From positions 8,682,001 to 8,746,000 of the forward strand of contig CM075995.1 in the NCBI GenBank assembly GCA_038087875.1: a stretch of DNA of 64,000 bases. The letters are read 5' to 3'. The DNA comes from Malacoraja senta. Taxonomy: Eukaryota. The translations under genes and the position numbers were made by a program. This document shows, in pieces, positions 1 to 12,784 of the stretch. The first letter of the stretch is position 1, and every line of letters starts with the position of its first letter. A model generated the notes under the pieces. The model was not told the origin of the DNA, did no database searches, and saw nothing but the letters and a program-made list of their open reading frames with translations.

Positions 1-172
1 GAAACTCAGCTGGTGAGGCAGCATCTATGGAGCGAAGGAAATAGGCGACGTTTTGGGTCTGAAGACTAATGTCGAGACCCGAAACGTCACCCATTCCTTC
101 GCTCCATAGATGCTGCCTCACCCGCTGAGTTTCTCCAGCATTTTAGATTTTCCAGCATCTGCAGTTCCTTCA
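1..172. mobile_element. Penelope pLTR-derived fold-back mini-element
   Basis: Inverted arms gaaactcagc..gaggcagcatctatggagcgaaggaa / ttccttcgctccatagatgctgcctca..gctgagtttc. Confidence 0.65.
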
Positions 173-1444
173 TTAACAGGGTCGGTAAAGTTGTCCTCCA
201 GTGTGTAAGATAGAACTAGCTGGGTTGGCACGGAATGGGTGGGCCGAAAGGCCTGTGTCTCCAGAGTCTAAAGTCATTAGGATCGTTCGGCACAAGTCTA
301 CAGCGAAGGCCTCCATCTGCAGAACACATAGCTCGCGGCGTAACATCAAAATATATTAAAAAAACAAAAGTTTCAAGAAGCAAAAGATCGCATTTGCCAA
401 AACATGTTTCTCAGGAACGGATTGGAAACAGATGTCGATCTTTTCCTGCTACGGCAGATTGCCGTATGAATCATTTTAAGGAGCAAGAATCCCAAAATAG
501 CAAGTGCTGGAAGCAGCCAGGAACTGTTGTCAGTAGCAGTCCAAGTGGACAAATTAAACATGCCAAATCCCAGCGCCCCCCCCCCCCCCCCCCAGGCAAG
601 AACCTCGCACCTTAGGCACGAGGAACGGCAGATGCTGCAGTCTTGAGGGCCTGTCCCACTTACGCGTGCTTGGCACGCTAATTAGGCGACCTCGTGGTCG
701 CGTTGAGGCGCGACGGGCTTCGTGTGTCCGCGCGGGGCCGGCCCCACTGAGAAGGGTCTTGGGCCTGTCCCACTTTGACCGTCAGTTACGCGACAGGCCG
801 TTGGTGCGCAAAGATTTAGTTCGCTACAAAGTTTTCGGAGCGCCGCGCGATATCGCGCACATCTCCATACCCCTCAGTGGGACTGGCCCCGCGCAGCCAT
901 ACGATGCCCGTGTGCCTCAACGCGACCACGAGGTCACGTAATTTGATCAATGTGATCATGGCTGATCATCCCCAATCAGTACCCCGTTCCTGCCTTCTCC
1001 CCATATCCCCTGACTCCGCTACCTTTAAGAGCTCGATCTAACTCTCTCTTGAAAGCAAACAGAGAATTTGGCCTCCACCGCCCTCTGAGGCAGAGAATTC
1101 CACAGACTCACCACTCTCTGGGTGAAAGAGAGTTTTCGCCTGTTTCCGCACTGTATCTCTAAACCAAACTAAATTAAACTGAACTAATCTTTTCTTTCAA
1201 CAATGCGAGCTGCTTCCCGTCTTTCCAAAAGTTCCAAGTTCGCATTAAAGAAGGTTGGCAAAAATAAAGTGAGATCAGTTACCATGCTGCATTTATTAAA
1301 TCATTTATCATGCCGCATTTATTAGATCCATTACAAGTTACCATACGACTGGGAAGATTTGCTTCAGAAACTCCTGGCATTTGAAACACTTTAATAGGAT
1401 AATCAGAAGTCTAAGATGCTACAGTGGGCTGTGTTTAGCTTTTT

Positions 1445-1800
1445 AGTTTAGTTTATTGTCACGTGTATCGAGGTTCAGTGAAAAGCTTTTGTTGCGTGCT
1501 AACCAGTTAGCGGAAAGACAATGCATGATTACAATCGAGCCGTCCACAGTGTACGGATACAGGATAAGGGAATAACGTTTAGTGCAAGGTAAAGCCAGCA
1601 AAGTCCGATCAAGGATAGTCCGAGGGTCACCAAAGAGGTAGATAGTAGTTCAGGACCGCTCTCTGGTTGTGGTAGGATGATTCAGTTGCCTGATAACAGC
1701 TGGGAAGAAACTGTCCCTGAATCTGGAGGTGTGCGTTTGTTTTCACACTTCTGTACCTCTTGCCCGATGGGAGAGGGGAGAAGAGGGAGTGGCCGGGGGT
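1445..1800 (-). mobile_element. Rex1/Babar-type LINE 3' end
   Basis: Same 3' sequence as the 10815 and 57585 copies (TSRFRDSFFPAVIRQLN plus 3' UTR ending gtgacaataaactaaac). Further pieces near 6070-6275, 17610-17790, 18210-18450, 20650-20870, 63880-64000. Confidence 0.75.
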
Positions 1801-1802
1801 AG

Positions 1803-2093
1803 TTTAGAGATACCGCGCTGAAACAGGCTGTTGGGCCCACCGAGTCCGCGCCGACCAGCGTTCACCTCGTACACTAGCGCTATCCCACACACACACTGGG
1901 GACAATTTACAGAAGCCAATTAACCTACAAACCCGCACGTCTTTGGAGTGTGGGAGGAAACCGAAGATATCGGGCGAAAAACCCACGCGGGTCACGGGGA
2001 GAGAACGTGCAAACTCCGCACGGGCAGCGCCCGTGGTCAGGATCGAACTTGGGTATCTGGCGCTGCGAGGAAGCAACTTTACCGCTGCGCCAC
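1803..2093 (-). mobile_element. tRNA-derived V-SINE (HE1-like), near full length
   Basis: A box tggcgcagcgg, B box gttcgatcc, V-domain gtttgcacgttctc..ggtttcctcccacactccaaagac, and LINE-like tail ..gcctgtttc..gtatctctaaac. More than 20 further copies or fragments in the window. Confidence 0.85.
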
Positions 2094-2334
2094 TCGTGAT
2101 CAATCTCGATGATATCGCTGAGTAATCAGATTATTGTCACGCAGTTGTAATTTAATAACTGACGCACAATGAGACTAATCTTATTACTGGGCAAAACTGA
2201 GGCTTCCACAGCAGTGCAGCGGTAGAGTTGCTGCCTCACACCCCTAGAGATCCAGGATCGATCGGTGCTGTCTGTACGGACTTCGTACCATCTCCCTGTT
2301 TTCTCCGGGTTCTCCAGTTTCCTTCCACATCGCA

Positions 2335-3258
2335 AAAAGTTCCCCCTCAGATTCTTAATGAATCTTTGCCCCTTCACCTTAAACCTTTGTCTTCTGGTCC
2401 TCGATTCCCCTTACTCTGGGCAAGAGACTCTACCCGATCTATTCCTCTCATGATTTTGTACACCTCTATCAGATCACCCCTCATCCTCCTGCGCTCCAAG
2501 GAATAGAGACCGAGCCTGCTCAACCTCTCCCTACAGCTCACACCCTCTAGTCCTAGCCACATCCACAAAAGTCGTCTCTGGACCCTTTCCAGCTTGACAA
2601 CATCTTTCCTATAACATGGCGCTCAGAACTGAACACAATATTCTAAATGCGGCCTCATCAACGTCTTGTACAACTGCAACATGACCTCCCAACTTCTATA
2701 CTCAATACTCTGACTGATGAAGGCCAAAGTGCCAAAAGCCTTGTTGACCACCTTATCTACCTGCGACTCGACCTTCAAGGAACCATGCACCTGTACTCCT
2801 AGATCCCTCTGCTCTACAACACTACCCAGAGGCCGACCATTCACTGTGTAGGTCCTGCCCATGTTTGACGTCCCAAAATGCAACACCTCACATTTCTCTG
2901 TATTAAATTCCATCAACCATTCCTCCGCCCACCTGGCCAATCGATCCAGATCCTGCTGCAATCGTTCACAACCATCTTCACTGTCTGCAAAACCACTCAC
3001 GTTTGTATCATCAGCAAACTTGCTAATCTTGCCCTGTATGTTCTCATCCAAATCATTGATGTAGATGACAAACAGTAACCGGCCCAACACCGAACCCTGA
3101 GGCCCACCACTAGTCACAGGCCTCCAGTCTGAGAAGCAACCGTCCACCATCACCCTCTGCTTCCTTCCATGGAGCCAATTTGCTATCCATTCAGCTATCT
3201 CTCCTTGGATCCCATGCGACCTAACCTTCCAGAGCAGCCGACCATGCGGAACCCTTTC
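2335..3258 (-). mobile_element. CR1/HER1 LINE ORF2 fragment with RT core
   Basis: ORF 2623-3153: [32 protein letters not shown]; internally deleted. Confidence 0.92.
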
Positions 3259-3710
3259 CTAAACCTCGATCCCTCTAGATGTTGAAGTCTTCGAGTCGCC
3301 CAGCGAGGAAATGTCGCCCAGCGAGGCCATCAAACCTCATACACCGCGATCAGCGGTCGATAAGCGCGAGGGGGGGGAGGGGAAGACAATGGGGACCCGG
3401 TGAGTGGGGACGGTGGGAGAACAAAGGGGGGCCCCAGTGTGGGGGAGGGGGGTGGGGACACTCTAGGTTTAGAATCCACTGCCCAGGGGTAAGCCTGCGT
3501 TCGTTCATTCGTTCGTTCCGGTTAAGGCGCTGTGCACACGGCAGCAAGCCAATGGCCGCTTGTCTTGTTCTGCACTTTGCATTTAACATTAATTTCAAGA
3601 ATTCCTACACCTGTCGTGTGTTGTGATTGTTGGCAGACCAGGTTTCCCTCCGGGGATGAATAAAGTTCGATCGTATCGTATCGAAACAGGCCCTTGAGCC
3701 CAACTTGTCC

Positions 3711-4355
3711 ACATCGGCCAACGCTAGTCCCACCTGCCCACGCTCGGCCAACGCTAGTCCCACCTGCCCACATCGGCCAACGCTAGTCCCACCTGCCCAC
3801 ATCGGCCAACACTAGTCCCACCTGCCCACATCGGCCAACGCTAGTCCCACCTGCCCACATCGGCCAACACTAGTCCCACCTGCCCACATCGGCCAACACT
3901 AGTCCCACCTGCCCACATCGGCCAACACTAGCCCCACCTGCCCACATCGGCCAACACTAGTCCCACCTGCCCACATCGGCCAACACTAGCCCCACCTGCC
4001 CACATCGGCCAACACTAGTCCCACCTGCCCACATCGGCCAACACTAGTCCCACCTGCCCACATCGGCCAACGCTAGTCCCACCTGCCCACATCGGCCAAC
4101 GCTAGTCCCACCTGCCCACATCGGCCAACACTAGCCCCACCTGCCCACATCGGCCAACGCTAGTCCCACCTGCCCACATCGGCCAACGCTAGTCCCACCT
4201 GCCCACATCGGCCAACGCTAGTCCCACCTGCCCACATCGGCCAACACTAGCCCCACCTGCCCACATCGGCCAACGCTAGCCCCACCTGCCCACATCGGCC
4301 AACACTAGTCCCACCTGCCCACATCGGCCAACACTAGTCCCACCTGCCCACGCTC
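3711..4355. repeat. 29-bp minisatellite, about 22 copies
   Basis: Unit acatcggccaac(a/g)ctag(t/c)cccacctgccc, embedded in a LINE 3' UTR fragment. Confidence 0.95.
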
Positions 4356-4549
4356 GGTCCACATCCCTCCAAACCTGTCCTATCCATTTACCTGTCTAAC
4401 TGTTTCTAAAACGTTGGGTGTCTGAAGAAGGGTTTCAGCCCGAAACGTTGCCTATTTCCTTCGCTCCGTAGATGCTGCTGCACCCGCTGAGTTTCTCCAG
4501 CACTTTGTGTCCACCTTCGATTTTATCCAGCATCCGCCGGTCTTTCTCA

Positions 4550-5140
4550 CATACCATATAATATAACCATATAACAATTACAGCACGGAAACAGGCCATC
4601 TCGACCCTTCTAGTCCGTGCCCAACACGTATTCTCCCCTAGTCCCATATACCTGCGCTCAGACCATAACCCTCCATTCCTTTCCCGTCCATATAACTATC
4701 CAATTTATTTTTAAATGATAAAAACGAACCTGCCTCCACCACCTTCACTGGAAGCTCATTCCACACAGCCACCACTCTCTGAGTAAAGAAGTTCCCCCTC
4801 ATGTTACTCCTAAACTTCTGTCCCTTAATTCTCAAGTCATGTTTGAATCTTCCCTACTCTCAATGGGAAAAGCTTATCCACGTCCACTCTGTCTATCCCT
4901 CTCATTATTTTAAAGACCTCTATCAAGTCCCCCCTTAACCTTCTGCGCTCCAAAGAATAAAGACCTAACTTGTTCAACCTTTCTCTGTAACTTAGTTGCT
5001 GAAACCCAGGCAACATTCTAGTAAATCTCCTCTGTACTCTCTCTCTTTTGTTGACATCCTTCCTATAATTAGGCGGCCAAAATTGTACTCCATACTCCAG
5101 AATTGGCCTCACCAATGCCTTGTACAATTTTAACATTATA
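4550..5140 (-). mobile_element. CR1 LINE 3' fragment
   Basis: LYKALVRPILEYGVQFW..LGLYSLERRRLRGDLIE..FFTQRVVAVWNELP; (GGTTATAT)-type tail. Confidence 0.9.
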
Positions 5141-5488
5141 CAAGCATAAACTAAACTAAAACTCGGACAGCACTACTTTAGGCAAAGACACCATCGGCAT
5201 TTCAGCTGATACTCTGTTCCCCCGTTTATTGCATGCTCGCACTCTGTGTCCGTAAATCTTACATCACCGTGGCCCTTCACTGAGCCCAGCTTTTCTCTGC
5301 TTCAGTACTAAATTAGAGGCCCATTTTCCTTTTCTGCTCTGACCTTGCCCTTGTGTTCTGGGCATCGCGTTCTCCCGCGGTACTCCGTGTTCACTTAAAC
5401 CATTTGCAGGGTCTGCGCGCGTTTCTCCTCTGGTCTCCAGTCAGAGGGCAGTGAATCTGTGGAATTCACTGCCACTGACGGCTCTTTA

Positions 5489-6025
5489 TAGGGTCGCCAA
5501 CTTTCTCAACACCCAAATAAGGGACAAAAGGCCAAAATACGGGACAAATTCCCCACGGCGACTCGTTGAGCGACTCGGCCGTGGCTGGGTGGGTGAATGA
5601 TGAGTTGGCCCCGGGTGCTGGACTACACACAAAGCCCAGCCGGCGGGCCAGCTGAGGAGTTTTGGCCCGGGGGGCCGCGTGATGTCGGTCACACAAAGCC
5701 CGGCGCTCCGTCAAACTCATGAACCGATGATCGGCCGTGAGAAGGAGGGGTGGTGGTGGTGGTGTCGACGGTAAGCGAAGGTCCGAAGGTCAGACAGTTG
5801 GCCGGGCTGCCGACCGACGGGGGCCACGGGCGAGGCGCTGCTGCTGCTGCTGCACTCCACGGGCTGCACTACGTCGGGACGGGTGAGGCGGGGCCGGACG
5901 CGACAGTCCCCTCGACCCGAGTAGTAGCGGTCAAATACGGGACAAGGGGCGGTCCCGTACGGAACAAACCAATTTAGCCCAATATACGGGATATCCCGGC
6001 TAATACGGGCCAGTTGGCAACCTTA
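5489..6025. mobile_element. Non-autonomous DNA transposon (hAT/Blackjack-like MITE)
   Basis: TIRs TAGGGTCGCCAAC...GTTGGCAACCTTA, with repeated subterminal AATACGGG(AC) motifs at both ends. No clear TSD. Confidence 0.7.
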
Positions 6026-6281
6026 GGGACATTATACAGAAGCCAATTAACCTTCAAACCTGCACGTCTTCAGTTCAGTTTAGATTATTGTCACATGTAC
6101 TACTTTTGTCGCGTGCTAACCAGTCAGCAGAAAGACAAAACATGATTACAATCGAGCCGTCCACAGTTTACAGATACATGATAAGGGAATAACGTTTAGT
6201 GCAAGGTAAAGTCCGAGGGTCACCAATGAGGTAGATGGTAGTTCAGGTCTGTTCTCCAGTTGAAGTAGGATGGTTTCCCAG

Positions 6282-7015
6282 TCAAGTTGGGAAAAGGGGA
6301 AGTACAACGGGATCTGGGGGGTCCTTGTTCATCAGTCAATGAAAGTAAGCATGCAGGTATAACAGGCAGTGAAGAAAGCGAATGGCATGTTGGCTTTTAT
6401 AACAAGAGTTAAGTATAGGAGCAAAGAGGTCCTTCTGCAGTTGTACAGAGCCCCAGTGAGACCACACCTGGAGTATTGTGTGCAGTTTTGGTCCCCTAAT
6501 TTGAGGAAGGACATTCTTGCTAGCGTAGGTTTACAAGGTTAATTCCCGGGATGGCGGGACTGTCATATGCTGAGAGAATGGAGCGGCTGGGCTTGTACAC
6601 TCTGGAATTTAGAAGGATGAGAGGGTATCTTGTTGAAACATATAAGATTATTAAGGGCTTGGACACGCTAGAGGCAGGAAACATGTTCCCGATGTTGGGG
6701 GAGTCCAGAACCAGGGGCCACAGTTTAAGAATAAGGGGTACGCCATTTAGAACGGAGATGAGGAAACACTTTTTCACACAGAGAGTGGTGAGTCTGTGGA
6801 ATTCTCTGCCTCAGAGGGCGGTGGAGGCAAGTTCTCTGGATGCTTTCAAGAGAGAGCTAGATAGGGCTCTTAAAAATAGCGGAGTCAGGGGATATGGGGA
6901 GAAGGCAGGAACGGGGTACTGATTGGGGATGATCAGCCATGATCACATTGAATGGCGGTGCTGGCTCGAAGGGCCGAATGGCCTACTGCTGCACCCATTG
7001 TCCGTTGTCTATTGA
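6282..7015 (+). mobile_element. CR1 LINE 3' fragment of the dominant local subfamily
   Basis: MAGLSYAERMERLGLYTLEFRRMRG..RTRGHSL..GYGEKAGTGY* plus 3' UTR and (ATTGTCT)-type tail. Same subfamily at about 8955-9570(+), 18600-19243(+), 19628-20355(-), 22985-23275(+), 23938-24225(-), 24690-25114(-), 26436-26910(+), 29275-29555(+), 31450-31715(+), 36008-36427(+), 43940-44546(-), 52793-53100(+), 54468-54935(-), 57107-57350(-), 59156-59443(-), 61292-61472(+). Confidence 0.92.
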
Positions 7016-7710
7016 TTGAGCTGCCTGATAACAGTTGGGGAGAGACTGTGCGGGTGAAGCGCCCATTTCCACGCTGTACCTCTGAACGAATCTAAATTAA
7101 CCGGCACATCTTTGTGGGAGAGTGTGGGAGAAAACTGGAGCACCCGGAGAAAAGCCACGCAGGTCTCGGGGAGAACGTGCAAACACCTTACAGGCAGCAC
7201 CCGTAAGCCAGGGTAAAGCAGCAACTCGACGCTGCATGCCGCCACTGTGCAGTGTTGGATCAGTCTGAACAGCAGCAGGTGCCCTGACCTTGACAAAGCA
7301 GCAAGATAAAATGGTAAAAATAAAACTAACTGAATTCCCATGCAGACCCAATGAAAATAAAGCCTCCTGCTGTAATCTGCACCGCTCAGACATGATGTGT
7401 CTAACGCTCACACACGAGAAACAGTGAACACGATTTTCCTACCAGGTTTTGAGTCACCCAACATTCTCAGAAGAGCTTCAGACACATGCGAACAATTTAG
7501 ACTCTACGCTTGAAAGATACAGTGTGGAAACAGGCCCTTCGGCCCACCGATCCCGTGCAGACCCACGATCAAACACGCAATATCCTACACACACACACAC
7601 ACACACACACACATACTAGGGACAATTTACAATTTACAGAAGCCAATTACTTTGAGTTCTGCTCCCGGTTCCTGCACGTGCAGTCTATTGTGTCTGCCAT
7701 CTTGAACGTC

Positions 7711-8035
7711 AAACCCCTGTCCCACTGTACGAGTTCATTCCAAGAGCTCTCCCGAGTTTGCCCTGATTCGAACTCGGAGATTTACGGTAATGGCCGCTCG
7801 TCGGGTACTCGGGGCTCTCGTGGACATTTTTCATCGTGTTGAAAAATCTTCCCGAGTCTCCCCGTGCTTACCTGCCGTTAGCGAGTCTTCCCGAGTCGCT
7901 GCCACTAACGCTAAGAGACGTCCCCGAGCTCCGACGTACCCGCTACGTTCATTCTCCGTGCTTACCACGAGTTTGATTTTTTTTAAACTGGGGTGAGCTC
8001 TTGGAATGAACTGGTACCGTGGGACAGGGCTATAA
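7711..8035. mobile_element. MITE with CCCTGTCCCAC termini (PIF/Harbinger-like)
   Basis: TIRs cccctgtcccactgtacgagttcattccaagagctc / gagctcttggaatgaactggtaccgtgggacaggg. Related copies at 29903-30235, 45853-46176, 59510-59776. Confidence 0.75.
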
Positions 8036-9946
8036 GCCTGTGGAGGCCAAGTCAATGGATATTTTTAAGGCAGAGATTGACAGATTCCTGATTAGTACGG
8101 GTTTAGTTTAGAGATACAGCACGGAAACAGGCCCTTCGGCCCACCGGGTCCACACCGAGCAGTGATCCCCCACACATTAACACCATCCTACACCCACTAG
8201 GGACAATTTTTACATTTACCAAGCCAATTAACCTACAAACCTGCACGTCTTTGGAGTGTGGGAGGAAACCGGAGCACCCAGAGAAAACCCACCCGGTCAC
8301 AGGGAGAAAGTACAAACTCCGTACAGACACCACCCGTAGTCAGGATCGAACCCCAGTCTGTGTGTCAAAATACGCCTTATTTTCTTCTTAAATCTTTCCC
8401 CTCTCACCTTAAATTTGTTGACGGTGTCCTTTTTAAAAGCCTCTATAAAGTTTAGAAGGATGAGGGGGCACCTCATTAAAATTTACTGAACAGTGAAAGG
8501 CTTGGATAGAGTGGATGTGGAGAGCATGTTTCCACTAGTGGGAGAGTCTAGGACTAGAGGTCACAGCCTCAGAATTAAAAGACGTTCTTTTAGGAAGCAG
8601 GTGAGGAGAAATTTTGTAACTCAGAGGGTGGTGAATCTGTGGAATTCATTGCCACAGACGGCTGTGGAGGCCAAGTCAATGGATATTTTTAAGGCAGATT
8701 TTTGATTAGTGCGGGTGTCAGGGGTTATGGGGAGAAGGCAGGAGAATGGGGTTAGGAGGGAGAGATAGATCAGCCATGATTGAATGGCAGAGTAGCCTTG
8801 ATGGGCCGAATGGCCTAATTCTGCTCCTATCCCATATGACGACATTATAAGGCTGGAGACCGACTTAGGGGAGCTCCAACCGCGGGAGCCTGTGGACTTT
8901 AACTGGTTAGAGACCGACTTCGGGAGCTCCAAAGCTGCAGGAGCTTCGACCGCCAGGAGCAAAGAGGTCCTTCTGCAGTTGTACAGAGCCCTAGTGAGAC
9001 CACACCTGGAGTATTGTGTGCAGTTTTGGTCCCCTAATTTGAGGAAGGACATTCTTGCTATTGAGGGAGTGCAGCGTAGGTTTATAAGGTTAATTCCCGG
9101 GATGGCGGGACTGTCATATGTTGAGAGAATGGAGCGGCTGGGCTTGTACACTCTGGAGTTTAGAAGGATGAGAGGGGATCTCATTGAAACATATAAGATT
9201 ATTAAGGGTTTGGACACGCAAGATGCAGGAAACATGTTCCCGATGTTGGGGGAGTCCAGAACCAGGGGCCACACACAGTTTAAGAATAAGGAGTCAGCCA
9301 TTTAGAACGGAGACGAGGAAACACTTTTTTCACACAGAGAGTGGTGAGTCTGTGGAATTCTCTGCCTCAGAGGGCGGTGGAGGCAGGTTCTCTGGATGCT
9401 TTCAAGAGCGAGCTAGATAGGGCTCTTAAAGATAGCGGAGTCAGGGGATATGGGGAGAAGGCAGGAACGGGGTACTGATTGGGGATGATCAGCCATGATC
9501 ACATTGAATGGCGGTGCTGGCTCGAAGGGCCGAATGGCCTCCTCCTGCACCTATTGTCTATTGTCTACTGCCTTCCATCACAGTGAGGAACGTGGGGAAT
9601 CGGCTGTGGTGGATGTTTACATTAACTTTCAGGTAGTTGTGTGTCTGGTTGCTTTTTTTTTAAGCAAGGCTGTATTACCATATATATGTATTCCCCTGTC
9701 ACCGTACCTTACTCAGTACATGTGACAATAAACTGAGACCTTGACACCGTACAGTACCAGCCTCAATGACTCACCACCCTGGGTCTAAGGCTGGCCATGT
9801 GTGTTCTAAATGCAGTTATTGCACCCGCCTCACCTCTTATAAAGCTGGCAGGTCGCCAGGGTTCCCGGGTGGCCTTGTTCAACAGCCCCAGAGACAAGCC
9901 TGAAGACTGTCGTAAAAGCCCATCTGTTTCTCTAATACTCTTAAGT

Positions 9947-10497
9947 TTGCGTCCAGTTTTGGTCTCCTAATTTGAGGAAGGACATCCTTGTGATTGAGGC
10001 AGTGCAGCGTAGGTTCACCAGATTGATCCCTGGGATGGCGGGACGGTCATATGAGGATAGATTGAAAAGACTAGGCTTGTATTCACTGGAGTTTAGAAGG
10101 ATGAGGGGGGATCTTATAGAAACATATAAAATGATAAAAGGACTGGACAAGCTAGATGCAGGAAAAATGTTCCCAATGTTGGGCGAGTCCAGAACCAGGG
10201 GCCACAGTCTTAGAATAAAGGGGAGGTCATTTAAGACGGAGGTGAGAAAAAACGTTTTCACCCAGAGAGTTGTGAATTTGTGGAATTCCCTGCCACAGAG
10301 GGCAGTGGAGGCCAAGTCACTGGATGGATTTAAGAGAGAGTTAGATAGAGCTCTAGGGGCTAGTGGAGTCAAGGGATATGGGGAGAAGGCAGGCACGGGT
10401 TATTGATTGGGGACGATCAGCCATGATCACAATGAATGGCGGTGCTGGCTCGAAGGGCCGAATGGCCTCCTCCTGCACCTATTTTCTATGTTTCTAA
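9947..10497 (+). mobile_element. CR1 LINE 3' fragment (young subfamily)
   Basis: ORF 9972-10406; its C-terminal 79 aa are identical to the inverted copy at 12785-13128. Confidence 0.92.
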
Positions 10498-10814
10498 TTG
10501 CTGCCATCCCAGGGATCAATCTTGTGAACCTACGCTGCACTGCCTCAATCACAAGGATGTCCTTCCTCAAATTAGGAGACCAAAACTGTACTTTACTTGA
10601 GAGATGCAGCGTGGAAACCAGGCCCTTCGGCCCATTGGCTCCGCCGCATCCAGCGAGGTGTTGGAGTTTACGGGGAGAAGGCAGGAGAACGGGGTTAGGA
10701 GGGAGAGATAGATCAGCCATGATTGAATGGTGGATTGGACGATGGGCCGAACGGCCTAATTCTGCTCCCATCACGAATGGCCTTGTGATCAACCCCCCAT
10801 ATCCATTGCAGTGA

Positions 10815-11285
10815 ATTGTGGACGCAGCCCAGACCGTCACACAAACCAACCTCCCTTCCATCGACTCCATCTACACCTCACGCTGCCTCGGCGAGGCCGG
10901 CAGCATCATCAAGGACCAGTCTCACCCCCGGCCACTCCCTCTTCTCCCCTCTCCCATCGGGCAAGATGTACAGAAGTGTGAAAACAAACGCACACACCTC
11001 CAGATTCAGGGACAGTTTCTTCCCGGCTGTTATCAGGCAACTGAACCATCCTACCACAACCAGAGAGCGGTCCAGAACTACTATCTACCTCATTGATGAC
11101 CCTCGGACTATCCTTGATCGGACTTTGCTGGCTTTACCTTGCACTAAACGTTATTCCCTTATCCTGTATCTGTACACTGTAAACGGCTCGATTGTAATCA
11201 TGTATTGTCGTTCCACTGACTGGTTAGCACGCAACAAAAGCTTTTCACTGTACCTCGATACACGTGACAATAAACTAAACTGAAA
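10815..11285 (+). mobile_element. Rex1/Babar LINE 3' end
   Basis: DAAQTVTQTNLPSIDSIYTSRCLG..SLFSPLPSGK..TSRFRDSFFPAVIRQLN, frameshifted. Confidence 0.85.
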
Positions 11286-12784
11286 CACAAGCACTATCCT
11301 ACACAATAGGGACAATTTACTATTTTGCTTAACGGAAGCCAATTAACCTACAAACCCTCACATCTTTGGAGTGTGGGAGGAAACCGGAGCACCCAGAGAA
11401 AACCCACGCAGGTCAATAGACAATAGACAATATGTGCAGGAGTAGGCCATTCGGCCCTTCGGGCCAGCACCGCCATTCAATGTGATCATGGCTGATCATC
11501 CCCAATCAGTACCCCGTTCCTGCCTTCTCCCCATATCCCCTGACTCCGCTATTTTTAAGAGCCCTATCTAGCTCTCTCTTGAAAGCATCCAGAGAACCGG
11601 CCTCCACCGCCCTCTGAGGCAGAGAATTCCACAGACTTTATCACCCACGGGTCACGGGGAGAACGTGCAAACTCCGTACAGCCAGCACCAGTAGTCGGGA
11701 TGGAACCCGGGTCTGTGGCGCTGTGAGGCAGCAACTCTACCGCTGGTCCAGCTCGCCGCCCTGCCGTGTTGGATGTTAGTAAGTCGACGCCACACACATG
11801 GAATGGATCTTGGTTTGCCGAGCAAAGCAAGAAGAGGAAGCAGTGGAGGCAGATGACAATGACGGAACCTTTATGGGCTCCACCAGCAGTGCTGGCGATC
11901 GTGTTATACAACTCTCGCAGGAGGGATGAAACGGGAAATTAATTTAGCAGGCCCAACGTCAGCAGTGGGATCGTTAATGTAAGCTATGTGAGCAGGTGGC
12001 AAGGTGGCGCAGCGGTAGAGTTGCTGCCTCAACAGCTCCGGTGACCCAGCTTTGACCCTGACTACGGGCGCTGTCTGTACGGAGTTTGCACGTTCTCCCC
12101 GTGACCTGCGTGGTTTCCCCCCCCCACCCACCACACTCCAAAGACGTGCAGGTTTGTAGGTTAATTGGCTAGATAGGGCTCTTGAAGATAGCGGAGTCAG
12201 AGGATATGGGGAGAAGGCAGGAACAGGGTACTGATTGTGGATGATCAGCCATGATCACATTGAATGGCAGTGCTGGCTCGAAGGGCTGAATGGCCTACTC
12301 CTGCACCTATTGTCTATTCGGTAAATTGCCCCTAGTGCGTGTAGGATTGTGTTAGTGTACGGGGATCGCTGGTCGGCAACGACTCCGTGGGCTGAATTGG
12401 CCTGTTTCCGCACTTTATCTCGCAAGTCAGCTCGCAGAGTCATAGAGTGCGGAAACAGGCCCTTTGGCCCAACTTACCCACGCCGACCAACATGTCCCAT
12501 CTACCACAAGTTGATCCACCAGCGATCGACCCATACACTAGCACTATCCTACAAACTAGCGGCAGCTCACAATTTATCATTGTTACTGAAGCCAATTAGC
12601 CTACAAACCTGTAGGAGTCTTTGGAGTGTGGGAGGAAACCAGTGCACCCAGAGAAAACCCACACGGTCACAGGGAGAACGTGCAAACTCCGCACAGACAG
12701 CACCTGTAGTCGGGCTCGAACCCGGGTCTCCGGCGCTGTGAGGCAGCAACCCTACCGCTGTGCCACCGTGCCGCCTAGTGTAGT

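Noticed and set aside
235..615. 126-aa plus ORF and overlapping 62-aa minus ORF
   Set aside because: The plus ORF starts in a SINE tail; no recognisable homology or convincing splice sites; not MYO10 exon 3.
3711..4355. CRISPR-like array (29-bp repeats); likewise the 66-bp arrays
   Set aside because: Head-to-tail repeats with no unique spacers, no cas genes, and a vertebrate context.
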